From positions 56,184,464-56,248,463 of the forward strand of contig NC_043011.1 of assembly GCF_006345805.1 (NCBI RefSeq): 64,000 bases of DNA. Direction: 5' to 3'. This document shows positions 38,112 through 51,700 of this stretch, piece by piece. The translations under genes were made by a program, and so were the position numbers. The notes below the pieces were generated by a model. The model had not been told where the DNA came from. It saw nothing but the letters and a program-made list of their open reading frames with translations, and ran no database searches. The first letter of the stretch is position 1; each line of letters opens with the position of its first letter. This DNA is from Octopus sinensis. Its lineage: Eukaryota.

Positions 38112-38270
38112 GTATCTTAAAGCAAGAAACTGAAATACAAAAGCTGTGGCATCTTAAAGCGAGCATTGTTCCTGTTATTCTGGGTGCCCCAGGTATGACA
38201 AGAAAGGGATGTCAGAAACATCTAGGTAATATCCCAGGAGGACCTGTGGCAAAAGAAGTTGTGTGGTGAT
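38111..38270 (+). mobile_element. Second short R4/Dong-type fragment after (TAA)n
   Basis: EIQKLWHLKASIVPVILGAPG..KHLGNIPG. Confidence 0.7.
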
Positions 38271-38494
38271 TCCTTCTGAAAGTTTTGAAGATAGTTACTT
38301 TCCTATCTGGCCAAACTTTCATCAATAGGGAAGGAGGTGCTGCCCTCTGGATGAGAGTGGTAAGACTGATGAGACTGAATAGCTCCACTCTGAGTAGACT
38401 TTTCAAAGCAAAAGGAAAGAAACTGGAAGATGGTACTTTCCCATGCCTTGAGGATGGCAGAGTAACCAAGGACTTTTTCATGGGGTTTTATTCC

Positions 38495-38531
<37 letters not shown>

Positions 38532-38544
38532 CATACATATATTC

Positions 38545-38890
38545 AGGGTGCGATGGGTAATTTGTTGCAATTTTATATTTTTAATTTCGCATTGTTTGTT
38601 TTTGATTTTGTCAACTACACAGTATAGTAGGGTCAGTTGGGCACCATCTGTGAGAAACAGCACCATGACACAATTCATTCTGCCAGAAATTTGGAAACAA
38701 CATGCTGTACTGTTGTTTGGCATTTGTGCCAGAAGCTCCAATACAAACATCTCAGAGTGTTTGGATGTCAATCTGAGTACAGTGCAATCGGAGGATGTAC
38801 TGAGGGTGATAAAAATCAAACATCCAGTCAACATCATGGTGTTTGGAGTGATCGCTAGTGATGGCAACATTATGCCTCCATTCATCTTTC
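38545..38890 (+). mobile_element. Tc1/mariner-superfamily transposon remnant
   Basis: Starts CAGGGTG after a TA repeat. Reads KHPVNIMVFGVIASDGNIMPPFIF, a transposase catalytic-domain motif. Confidence 0.7.
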
Positions 38891-41377
38891 TGGGGCATGT
38901 ATCCTTCGACTGCTACAATTCCAGCAAAAGTTTTGAGGTAATCCTCAGCTGCCTTCATATCCGCTCTTTCTGCCTCACCATGCCAGACAAAGGGATGAAT
39001 GCCAGTCCTCTTTTTAAAATTCTCTAGTGGTGGGGTATCTGAAGCCGGCTCATAACCCAAATTTTAGCTTGCAACTCAAAGCAAAACATCAGCTTAGAGA
39101 TGACTCATATCTTGAAAAACTCATTAGTTGGGACACTCATAATTCAAGGTACCACTGTATATATATATGTGCATATATATATATGTGTATGAGTGTGTGT
39201 GTTTGTGTACATACATACATACATCTATATATATATATGTACATACATACATATATATATGTGGCCGATGCCAGTGTTGCCTCGACTGGCTTCCGTGCCG
39301 GTGGCACATAAAATGCACCAATCTGATCGTGGCCGTTGCCAGCCTTGCCTGGCACCTGTGCAGGTGGCACGTAAAAAGCACCCACTACACTCACGGAGTG
39401 GTTGGCGTTAGGAAGAGCATCCAGCTGTAGAAACACTGCCAGATCAAGACTGGAGCCTGGTGCAGCCTTCTGGCTTCCCAGATCCCCGTCGAACCGTCCA
39501 ACCCATGCTAGCACGGAGAACGGATGTTAAACGATGATGATGATGATGATGATGATGATGATATATATATATATATATGTATTATCATCATCATCATCAT
39601 TTAATGTCCATTGGGTTGGACAGTTTGACCAGGGCTGGTAAGGCTGGAAGGCTGCACCAAACTCCAGTCTGATTTGGCATGGTTTTCTACAGCTGGATGC
39701 CTTTACTAACACCAACCACTCTGAGAGAGTAATGGGTGCTTTTACGTGCCACCTGCACAGGTGCCATTTGCATGACACCAATATCTACCACGACTGTGAT
39801 TTTGCTCCGCTTGATGGGTCTTCTTCTCAAGCACGATATATCACCAAAGGTCTCAATATTATATATTATATATAAGATAATACTAGTGTCATTTGATACT
39901 CCAACACAGTCATTTGGGTTTGTAGTTCTTGTTTTTATCTCTAATTTCTGGCGGTGATCTTCAGATCCTGACCTTCATATCTAATTTTACCAAACAGCAA
40001 TTTACTCATGACCTACAGGGTACTCTGATGTGTTCTAATTTATTTTGAAGAAAGAAAGAAAGGAAGGAAGGAAGAAAGAAAAGAGAAAAGACAAAACTGG
40101 CCTTGGCAACAGAACTGCTGCTTAAATAACCATTGTGTGTAACGGGCAAAGGGGTGGCTGTGTGGTTAAGAAGCTTGCTTGCCAACCATGGGGTCTTGGG
40201 TTCAGTCCCACTGTGCAGAATCTTGGGCAAGAGTCACCTATTATAGCCTGTAGAGCCTTGGGCCAACTAAAACTTTGTAAATGTAGATAATTTATGTAAC
40301 TACAAAAAGGATAGAACCAGGAAGATGTGGAACAAAGCATTAAAAAACAGTCTTCAGATGCTAAGGCTCACAAAGGAGATGACAACAGACAAAGGCTTCG
40401 AGCAATTTCCTCTGCTCAACAAGACATGTCAAGGTAAGTAGAACGATGGTTATTCACACAGACAGGTATGTCTTTTGTGGCCATACTCCCCCTTCTCCTC
40501 AAACACACATAATTCTATCTTCTGACAAAACTCCCCCACCACCCACTGTGTGGCCCCCTCCACTCCCCCTCCCTCTACACATCCACCGTACCTACCTCCC
40601 ACCCTTTCACCATCACTTGCTGTCTCTAAGCATCTCCCCTCACACTTTTATGGAATATCTCCTCTATTCCCTCTATACTACTTATGCTCACCCCACCACT
40701 GTTCCTTGTGGGTGGGCCTCTCTCTCTCTCTTTCTGTCTCTTTCACACACACACACACTCTGACTACTTCTATGTTTCTCTCTAACTCTCTCCCACCTTC
40801 CTCGTCCTACTGGGGTAGCTATCCCTGTCCCTCTATCATACTCCAAATGCTCGCATGGCACACGGCCACTTTTCTCCTTCTCTCAGCTTTAGAGGGTCTT
40901 GTGTTGCAAGCTATTTAGCAGCCCTATGGGTACCGGTACCACATAAAAAGCACCCCTACTGAAGAAGCCACAATAAAAGCACCACATAAAAAGCACCCAT
41001 GCTGGTGCTACATGAAAAGCACCCAGTGCACTCTGCAAAGTGGTTGGCATTAGGAAGGGCATCCAGCTCTTCAGCTTGCCAGCTGCTGTGAAGATGTCCA
41101 ACCCATGCCAGCATGGAAAACAGATATTAGATGATGATGATGATGATGATGATGAAGATACATTATGTGTGTGTGCGTGTGTCATGTAATGGTTGTAAAC
41201 AAGCATCCCCGTCATACAAGCAGTGTTGGTAATTTCCAGTCTTCCATGTAAAACATGTTTGGCCATGGGAAATATTTACCTTGCTTGGAAACAGGCGAGG
41301 GTTAGCAATAGGAAGGGCATCCAAGCATATAATTTCTGCTACGATAAATTCCTTCTGGGAATGTGGATGTTAAAACA

Positions 41378-41425
<48 letters not shown>

Positions 41426-41547
41426 GTGATGATATATATGAGAAGCTGTGGCTATAATGTTGAGGCTACTTCATCTGTCGTGATCGGTCCGATGTAGCCA
41501 GGCAAAAAATATGTATTTTCTACCAGTTAGACAGACAGAATGATAGG

Positions 41548-41606
<59 letters not shown>

Positions 41607-42076
41607 GCGCATATATTATGGCTGTCACAATTTCAAACAATGCCTTACACTTGACTGTTTTCTTGAAGCAGCATAGATGTGGCTTTTTAGTCTTTTGCAC
41701 AATTAAAAAGTGACAAAGATGGGCACCTCTTGCAGCAGGTGGTCAGAGAATTACCACCCACAATAACACATTCCTTCACTCCAACATGGAATTTTTCATT
41801 AAAATGTTTTGCATTTTTTGGTTACCACCAGCCATAGGAAGCAACACATAATAGAGATGTTAATTATCAAGTTGATAATTAAGCTTTTTAAAGTGAAGAA
41901 AGGACTTTCACCTGGCCAATTCCATTCTGTAAACAGTGAATGCATTGGCCACACAAGAAGAACTAATCTACATTACTGGACACAAAGTTGCTGGTATTTC
42001 CTTCAAGAAAAATGTCTATACAAAGACTAGGGGGTTTCTTACTCCCACTTGTTGGATGGCTGTTGACTCTACTATA

Positions 42077-42490
42077 AAGGCGGCAAGCTGGCAGAAACGT
42101 TAGCACACCGGGCGAAATGCTTTGCAGTATTTCGTCTGCTGCTACGTTCTGAGTTCAAATTCCGCCGAGGTCGACTTTGCCTTTCATCCTTTCGGCGTCG
42201 ATTAAATAAGTACAGTTACGCACTGGGGTCGATATAATTGACTTAATCCATTTCTGTCCTTGTTTGTCCCCTCTGTGTTTAGCCCCTTGTGGGTAATAAA
42301 GAAATAGGTATTTCGTCTGCCGCTACGTTCTGAGTTCAAATTCTGCCGAGGTCGACTTTGCCTTTCGTCCTTTCGGGGTCAATTAAATAAGTACCAGTTA
42401 CGCACTGGGGTTGATATAATCGACTTAATCTGTTTTTCTGTCCTTGCTTGTCCCCTCTGTGTTTAGCTCCATGTGGGTAATAAAGAAACA
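42077..42490 (+). mobile_element. SINE family A head-to-tail dimer
   Basis: Full copy plus a 5'-truncated copy. GTTGACTCTACT duplicated on both flanks. Confidence 0.85.
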
Positions 42491-42671
42491 GGCCGTTGAC
42501 TCTACTGAGTTGATCCATCTGTTGACAGGTTTTGTTTTCCGTCCAGCTGGACGTCCAATAAATGCCATCTGCCTTACAAAGCAGACTTGACAGGGTTTCG
42601 TCAGTTTAGTCACTGACAGCCTGACAGCCTGACTGCGTGACAGAGTGTACTGGGTTACATGTTACCAGTAG
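42491..42671 (-). mobile_element. Diverged copy of the RTE 5' head seen at 17736
   Basis: Reverse complement TACTGGTAACATGTAACCCAGTACA...TTTATTGGACG..AAAACAAAACCTG..GAGTCAACG. Confidence 0.7.
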
Positions 42672-43342
42672 CACGAAGACTGACCTCACACACACACACA
42701 AAGAGTTGAAGACTGAACTTTTTGTGAGACAACAATTTGCAACCCACAAAACATTGGCCTTGAATAAAATCCTTTTCTGTTTACTGAAAAATACTGATAA
42801 GAGTTTCATTAAAGTACATACCTGCACGCAGAGCAGGTTGCTACCTGGCTACACACATACTCTTTCCATAATGAAACAAATGCAATACTTTTTTTTCTCA
42901 TAGAAAATTCAGGTATTGTTATAAAAGTTATTGATACAATTTTTACTGTTGCTTTTGGACAGATGTCCTCCCTGTTATGAGGTCATCAACTGTAAAATGG
43001 TGTGCAGGTCTTTTTTTGTGGTCATGTAGACTGAGTCAGCAAAGAAAACTGTGTGCAACTGGTACAACTTCAAATAAATATTTGTGTGTGTGTGTGTGTG
43101 TGTGTAGCCTGACTACAGTTGACTGCATTTGCTGAATACTAAACAGCAGCAATAACAACATTACAACAGCTGGAGTAACCTTACCATTATAATCACTGCC
43201 TCATATACACATACAAACATGCACACACACACACACACACACACATGTACAGATTGATATATAGATATCTATATGTGTGTCTGTTAGTCACCATTGTCTC
43301 TCTCTCCCCTCTTTCTCTCCCTCTCTCTCTCTCTCTCTCTCT

Positions 43343-43372
<30 letters not shown>

Positions 43373-43373
<1 letters not shown>

Positions 43374-43777
43374 GGCGCAGGAGTGGCAGTGTGGTAAGTA
43401 GCTTGTTTACCAACCACATGGTTCCGGGTTCAGTCCCACTGAGTGGCACCTTGGGCAAGTGTCTTCTGCTATAGCCTCAGGCTGACCAAAGTCTTGTGAG
43501 TGGATTTGGTAGACGGAAACTGAAAGAAGCCCGTCGTATATATGTATATATATATTTATGCGTGCGTGTGTTTGTGTGTCTGTGTTTGTCCCCTTAGCAT
43601 TGCTTGACAACCGATGCTGGTGTGTTTATGTCCCCGTTACTTAGCTGTTCGGCAAAAGAGACCGATAGAATAAGTAGTGGGCTTACAAAAGAATAAGTCC
43701 CGGGGTCGAGTTGCTCAATTAGAGGCGGTGCTCCAGCATGGCCGCAGTCAAATGACTTAAACAAGTAAAAGAGTAAA

Positions 43778-43780
<3 letters not shown>
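43373..43780 (+). mobile_element. SINE family B, full length
   Basis: GGCGCAGGAGTGGCAGTGTGGTAAG head through GTAAAAGAGTAAAG tail. Confidence 0.85.
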
Positions 43781-43816
<36 letters not shown>

Positions 43817-43819
<3 letters not shown>

Positions 43820-43942
43820 GGTGTCTGCAAATTCTTGGTACATGGGGATTAACACATACTTTAAGAAATTATTATTTCTTATATTTAATTCTTTATATTA
43901 TGATTTTATTTGCTCCATGTACCCAGACTTTGTGGACACCCC

Positions 43943-43943
<1 letters not shown>
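43817..43943. mobile_element. 127-bp Tc1/mariner-type MITE in a (TA)n array
   Basis: Imperfect TIRs CAGGGTGTCTGCAAA..GGTACATGG / CCATGTACC..TTTGTGGACACCCCG with TA flanks. Confidence 0.75.
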
Positions 43944-44008
<65 letters not shown>

Positions 44009-44296
44009 GGCCCCGTGCCGTTCGTGGCCGTTTGCCAGCTCTGTCTGGCACCTGTGCAGGTGGCACGTAAAAAACACCCACTTCACTCGCGGAGTGGTTG
44101 GCGTTAGGAAGGGCATCCAGCCGTAGAAACACTGCCAGATCTGACTGGGCCTGACGAAGCCTTCCAGCTTCACAGAACCCAGTTGACCCGTCCAACCCAT
44201 GCTAGCATGGAAAACGGACGCTAAATGATGATGATGATGATGATGATATATATATATATAGTATAATATATTATATCATATGTAATATATATAATG

Positions 44297-44333
<37 letters not shown>

Positions 44334-44454
44334 TACATATATTACTAGTATAAATAATAATAATGATAATAATAATAGTGATTTCTTTTATAATGATAAC
44401 AATAACAATATGAAAGACATTTATAATGCTGGGTGTGTGTGTGTGTGTAAATGA

Positions 44455-44520
44455 GAGAAACGGAAGAGCAGACAAGTAGTTCCGGCTGGTCACATGATAG
44501 TGTGGCCGCCATGGTAGTTG
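44455..44520 (+). promoter_or_regulatory. Putative core promoter of SECISBP2L
   Basis: ETS-like CGGAAG and TTCCGG, E-box GTCACATGA and YY1-like GCCGCCAT, clustered ~100-150 bp upstream of the first coding ATG. Confidence 0.5.
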
Positions 44521-44611
44521 GCAGAGTGTTGAGTTAAAGGCTTCGTCCTTGTTTGTTTTTTTCTCTCCTTGTCATGAAGAACCGATTGTCTTCTGATCAC
44601 AGCAAACAGTC

Positions 44612-44641
44612 ATGACTCAGATTGATACTTTAAGTGCACAG
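44612..44641 (+). CDS. SECISBP2L: SECIS-binding protein 2(-like), coding exon 1 (MTQIDTLSAQ)
   Basis: ATG..CAG|GTAAAC phase-0 donor is in frame with exon 2. A short first exon preceding the PAM2-like motif resembles the vertebrate gene (from recall). Confidence 0.65.
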
Positions 44642-45039
44642 GTAAACATTTCTCACGCGTTTATATCCCCCAATTTCACGATGTTAATCGACGAATAAGT
44701 GTTGCCATCGAAATCTCTCTCCGTTGTATACAGACACAGATGTGTATATATATATATATATACACACACACCTATGTATATATATACGTAAATATATACA
44801 CCTACTGATGTATATAAATGTTATTTACATATTTATGTGATGCGTGTGTGTGCATTGATGCTGCTAATGTTTAGTAATTGGCCGTTTGTGGCCGCTTTGT
44901 CTTTGTTTTTGTGTCTGGTTTTTGTTTAGAGTTTGATTTTGTAACTGAAAGATTTGTTGTTGACAACAAGGAATATTTCCAGGAAAGTTGTTAGCATTAA
45001 TATCTCGTCATTCACCACTTTTCCTAATTCACTTACATA

Positions 45040-45475
45040 TACAATACATACGCCTATATAGATATATACAAATATATATATATCTATATACAAGTATATA
45101 TATATATACATACAAATACAAATATATCTATATGCAAATATATATATACATACAAATATATATATACATACAAATATATATATATATATACATACAAATA
45201 CAAATATATATATACATACAAATACAAATATATATATCTATATACATACAAATACAAATATATATATACATACAAATATATATATATATACAAATACAAA
45301 TATATATATACATACAAATATATATATACATACAAATATATATATACAAATACAAATATATATATACAAATACAAATATATACATGCAAATACAAATATA
45401 TATACATACAAACACAAATATATATACATACAAATATATATATATATATATACATACAAATATATATATATATAT
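45040..45475. repeat. TA/TACAAA compound micro/minisatellite
   Basis: Direct observation. Confidence 0.9.
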
Positions 45476-47089
45476 GTCGAATCTTTTAATCGTTTCAGAC
45501 ATTCACTTCTTTATAAATATAAACAATTTTCGTTTCGAGTGTTTGTTTTGTGTGTTTAATTTTTTTCCTCTTCTGTCGTCTCTTTATTCGAAATTTACTA
45601 TAAAAAGAAATTATTATTATTATTATTACTACCTTGTTTGGTGTTAAAGTTGTCCAACACACACACACACACACACACTAATAGTAAATGAAATCTCACA
45701 GAAAATATTATTGAAAATATAAAATACGATACACACATAAATAAAATATATAGTTAACATTACCAAAATATAGATTTTATTGCGAGTCCAATTATTGAAA
45801 AGAATCGAAAAAAATTAATTTTTCCCCCCTTCTTCCAACAAAACGAGATTCTGTTTATGCAAAACAAAAATATTTGCTCCAATAAACCAGACTTGATTTA
45901 TTCACTTCTGAGACGAATCGAAGATTTTTAACGATTCCAGCCTTATCGGTTTTTGCACCAAATTGCTTATCATCCTCATTATTACTCATTGTTCTTTATT
46001 TATAAAATTGATTTTAATAGTCATTCAACGATTTTTTTTTAATCGTCTCCTAATTGTTTATAATCTTCCTCTTTCATTCTTGTACAATATTATTATTATT
46101 ATATTATTATTATTATTATCATGAGACTTTAGTGCAAATGGACGAAGCCAAACTCACCGTTGGAATTAAAAAATATGTTTATTGCTATCTGTTGATTGTG
46201 TCATTTTCTTCATTACAAATTCTCCAATGGCTTAGACTTACATATCATAATAATAATAATAATATAATATAAATATCTCTTGTGGATATAAACTACAAAT
46301 TTCGAATTGTTTTATTTATTCATTATTATTGAGGAGAGACTGTCTTTTATTATCGGAACCAAATTCAATTGAAATCGCTTGGAGAGTTCCGCACGAACAG
46401 TGTTGAAATGAGGAGACATTTTGAAATAAAAGTTGATTGATGGCATAAAATAAATTGCTACCAGGAACTACTTGTGACCTTCTTTAGTCCATGTTGTGGC
46501 TAATATTAGCAACGAAAGTGTTCGCGGGTGCAGACTGTATCTTTGACAGCTGATAAGAAGACTAATCCATTATATATAGATTCAGGAAGTGAAGGGTATT
46601 GAAACTGGGTGACGGGGGGTGGATTTGATAAATGAATTTTAAAATGTTTTGGTTTGATATAATAAGTAAAGTGAAAGGATTGGAGAAAAAAATATTGGTA
46701 CAAAGTGTGTTGCTCTAACAATAGACTTCTAAAGAAAAACAATGTCAGTGATGTGTCTTGCTGAGTATTCTACAATAAAAACCGAATAATAATGATAAAG
46801 AATAATTCTATTTTGATAGAAGAATTTCTTATGGAGTAATGAAAGGTGACAAGGGGAATTAGGTTGATCTCTTGAATTGTAGGATGCATTTTATCTCTTT
46901 CCTTCAGCTTCAGTAGAGCAGCATTTTTGACATTTAACCATATTCTAAATAGAATGCAAATTATTCTACCAAGTTCTCTTTGACCAAGTTCTCTTTGGAA
47001 CTTTCAAAATTTGAAGTCAATTAGAGCTGCCACAACACCATTGAGCCTTGACAGTTAATTGCCAATAAAAAGTTAATGATAAAAAAATG

Positions 47090-48790
47090 CTGTTTATACG
47101 TCCGTTTTCCATGCTGGCATGGGTAAGATGGTTTGCCAGGGAGCTGCACCAGGTTCCAGTCTGTCTTGGCATGGTTTCTACAGCTGAATGCCCTTCCTAA
47201 TGCTAACCACTCCACAGAGTGTATTGGGTGTCTTTCATGTGTCACCTGCATGGGTGCCTCTCACGTGTCACTAACATGGGTGCCTTTCATATGGAACTGG
47301 CCAGGACTGTGATTTCACTTAGCTTGACATGTCTTCTCAAGCACAGCAAATTACTTCAAGTCTCACTCACTTATCATTGCCTCCATGAGGCTTCAACATC
47401 TGAAGACCATATTTCACCACCTCATCCCCTGTCTTCCTGGATTTACCCCTTCCACACATCCCCTCCACAGTTAGTGATCAGCACTTTTTTACACAGCTGT
47501 CCTCATCCATACACAACCAAACTAGCACAGCTCTCTCTCTCTCTCTTGAACATTACATTTGATGCCTCTTATACCCAATTTTTCTCTCAAGACACTCTCT
47601 GTCGTACATGCACACTGACAACTGCACATCCAGCAGAGCATTCTAGTTTCATTTCTTTCAAGCATTCGCATGTCCTCTGCAGTCACAGCCCATGTAGCAT
47701 GGCTGTTTGCATATAGGCATCATACAATCTGCTTTTCACACTGAGGGAGAGGTTCTTTGTTCCCAACAAAGGTAAAAGCTCTCTGCACTTTGTCCAGCCC
47801 ACTCTTATTCTAGCAACTATGCTCTAGCTTCAATATTTCTTTTCCCTGGCTCAAAACCAAACTGCACCTCATCAAGCTGAGCTTCGACCCTCTCTGTAAC
47901 TTTCATCATCTGGTCCATCAGTTTGATAACTCTAATTATTTCTAAGGTGTCACCTTTACTTTTGTAGCAGTAGACTATAATGAAACTACACCAGTCATTG
48001 AGTATGACCCCCCTTGTGGACAACTTGATTAACTATACAGGTGACTAGACCATATCTCACTCGGCCAGATATTTTAAGCATCTCAGTGATGATTCCTGAT
48101 GGGCCAGAGGCTTTCCCTGTTTTCATATCCTTCATAGTTTTGTGTGGCTAGTCCCTCTACTGGGTCCACATTAGGCACTCTCCTTCTCCCATGTGTCCTC
48201 TACATTTAACAGCCTTTCATAGTGGCACTTCCAAGCCTCTTTCTTGGCAAAGCCACTGCAAGTGAACCATCATCCATGTGAACTCACTTCCCTCCTACAT
48301 CATTACGATTCTCTCTGACACACAGTCTTACAAACCAAAACACGAGCTGCTGATCTTCATGTGGCAGAACATTGGCAAACTTCTTCCCTGGCTAAGTATA
48401 CCTTCCTTGCAATTCTCTTCTAGCTACCTGATACAGTTCTTTGTTACCACCACCCTTCAAGGCCTGTTTATTTGCTCTAATGGCCCTGTCTCTACCACCA
48501 CATCACCCTAGGTCTGGTTGGGGTTTTGCACCAGCCACAGATTTGGTCAGTGGATCTCAGTAAGTTGTCTTGTAGAAACTTCCAGTTGTCCTCTATGTTA
48601 CATGTTTGTAATTCCTCCTCTTCCTCCTCAGTAAATGTAAGTTTAATTACCCTATTGCACACTCTGACTACCTCAATCACCTTATCTACGATTTCCCAGC
48701 TAGGAGTATACCAGCACCACCTACCCCATCACTGTTGCCTCCCCAAAAGATTTTATGTTTTTTTGCCTATGAGGAACTTAGCTGAAGCAT
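47090..48790 (-). mobile_element. Degraded RTE-clade LINE whose 3'UTR is repeat family D
   Basis: CYKSKGDTLE..IKLMDQMMKVTERV..QFGFEPGK RT remnants, continuing into a family D 3' end at ~47090-47330. Confidence 0.75.
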
Positions 48791-51700
48791 CCCTTCACCT
48801 TAATTGCAGCACACATTAACACCCCCCCACTTCAAGCATCTCAACAATCTCATCAGATGAAGAGGGATGGCATTCGGCATCTGAAAAGGTTTCAACAAGC
48901 ATTTGCCAACAGACCTGTCATAGCAGTTCACATTTAATCCATCATTCCGTTCATTCCGCTGCATCTTCTTAGAGTGCCATACAAGCATGGTTAATACAAA
49001 GATGGGTAAAGATAGTAAAACTAGTTGAGTGCAATGCAAGCGTTGTTAATACGAAGGTAGATGGATGAATAGCAAATAATTGATAGCTGTGCATCATAGG
49101 AACATCTACTTGTGAGAATACTGCTTTATATTTTAGAGATGAGGAATTCTGTGCATTATTTACATTATTTAGGCTGGAGAGTAAATCAGCCGAAACGTAA
49201 GATGAGGACACATATCCATCCAATGTAAATACTTGTAAGAAGTATAATCGATGAGATCTTTAGGCAATGATTTGGGAGAGTCATTAGAGCATCGGATAGA
49301 ATTTCTGGTCGTATTTGTCCTGACTCTCTGCCATCTGAGTTTAAAATTTGTTCAGGTCAACTTTGTCGTCCTTACACAATCCAGCTTTGAAGCATAAAAA
49401 CGTTGGGCTTTGTGGTGCTTGTTCCAGTCTTTTTTTTATTTTTTTATGTTGCTTTAGTCTGCCAATTTAGGTACTTAGAGTTTACACTGTTGCAAGCATT
49501 CCAGTCAGAGAAAACCTTCTTTCCTCCTGAATAAAAAAAACAGTTTTTCTTTAAATGAATTTGCATGGAAAGTAGAATGCAAATAGAGAGGAAGAGCAAG
49601 CTGTGTTGAAAAGCCATCAGCAGAGGCATGCAGTGTGGCTGCACTGATTTATGTATGATTAGAATCTCAAAAAGAAACCAGTTTTGAATCTAACTCTATT
49701 AATATGTTCTGTGATGTGCATCATATTTAGTTGGGCTGGGGTCTTGAGACGGAATGCTACTTCAATTATCAATAGATTGGGTTGATTTAAGTGAGCTGGT
49801 TGTTACTTGGTTAAGAACGATTACTGGACATTAGGGTGTTAGTGTGAGTGAGATTGTTAAGATATGAGTTTGGTCTTTGAGATGTGCAACATCAACTTAC
49901 ACGAGAGATGGTGTAAGCTAGAACAAACATATTAGTTGCACTAATAGAGAAGATGTATGGTGCAATTGTCAGTAGCTGCTGGATTTAAAGAATATCATTG
50001 CTTATAATGGGAGATTGATGAAGACATTGGTCGCCTTACTGGCACCTGTGCTGGTGGCATTTGTAAAAAGATTTGAGCGAGGTCATTGCCAGTACTGCCT
50101 GACTGGCCCCTGTGCCGGTGGCACGTAAAAAGCACCCACTACACTCTCAGAGTGGTTGGCATTAGGAAGGGCATCCAGCTATAGAAACTCTGCCAGATCA
50201 AGATGGGAGCCTGGTGCGGCCATCTGGTTCGCTAGCCCTCAGTCAAAATCGTCCAACCCATGCTAGCATGGAAAGTGGACGTTAAACGATGATGATGATG
50301 ATGACCATTGATCTCTGTATCAATAATAAGTAGACCAACCTCAAAATATCCTAAACAATTTATTAAAGTGGTTTAGCTGTCTGGTGTGGGTAAAAACGTT
50401 TGCTTTGCAACCTCATGGGTCCTGGAATCCTTCTCAATACAGCATCTTGAGCAAAAGCTTTCCACTGTGATCTCCAGTTAACCAATGGCTTGTGTGTGGA
50501 AGTGCATCTTGTGTGTATGTGTATCTGAGGTTATGTTTGTCATTGTGTCAAATTGATATAAAAAGGTAAATAAAAAAAAACAACTTTTCAACATGGAGAT
50601 AAGATTAGTATCAGTGTTGTTGTGATTGACTAAGGCTCCTTGAAGGTGGTGCTCCAACCTGGCCGCAAACTGAAACTAACAACAGTTGCTATGGAAGTAG
50701 CTTGGTTATTTTGTTATGTTTATGTCCTGTATTAGTGTTCAAAATATGTCTTTATCAGGACCAAAATCTTAAAAGAATTATGGCTTTATTTAAACTGTAT
50801 CAAAGGAATTGTAACAACTGATAAGAAGTCTAAAGTCATTTGGTCGTTTGTTGAAACATTGACAAAAAACAATTGCTTTTTTATGATAAACTAGAAATTG
50901 TTGTTTGCTCCTAGGTTAGTTTTGGTTCAGTAGGCTTTTATGGTCATGGTTGGATTGCCAGTTGCACAAAGCTGCTACAAGTTGTTACTGGAATCTCCAG
51001 TCAGTTCCGGAAAGGAATGAGATCGTTGCCAAAGCAACAAGATGGCCTTCGTGCCGATGGAAAGTTAAACACACCATTCAAGCGTGATCGTTACCGCGTC
51101 ACCTTACTAGCACTTGTGCTGGTGGCCCATGAAACATTCGAGTGAGGTCGTCGCCAGTGCCACTGGACTGGCTCTTGTGCAGGTGACATGTAAAAAGCAC
51201 CATTTGGGTATGGCCGTTGCTAGTACCACCAAACTGGAGTAGTTGGCGTTAGGAAGGGCATCCAGCTGTAGAAACTCTGCCAGATCAGATTGGAGTCTGG
51301 TTCGCCAGACCTCAGTCAAATCGTCCAACCCATGCTAGCATGAAAAGTGGACATTAAATGATGATGATGATGAATAATCACCCATTGCCTAATATGTTGT
51401 ATAATGACAAACTATTGAACAGTATTTCAGTTCTACATTTTGGACCACAATATTTTCACATGAAGATACTTTCCTTCCTCAGTATTTAGTCTGTTGTATG
51501 GTTAAACTAGATCTGAGGTGGTTCACTTTTTCTATTCATGAAGTCAGAGGTGATGAGCTGGCAGAACCGTTGCAATGACGGACAGCAGCATTTCTTCTTA
51601 CTATAGGATTTGAGTTCAAATGCTGCCAAGGTTAGCTTTGCCTTTGATTCTTCAGGGGTCAGTAAAATAAGTACCAATTAGATACTGGAGTCAATGTAAT

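Noticed and set aside
41640-43190. Possible divergent minus-strand gene upstream of SECISBP2L
   Set aside because: Isolated splice-like signals, but no consistent exon chain or recognisable protein.
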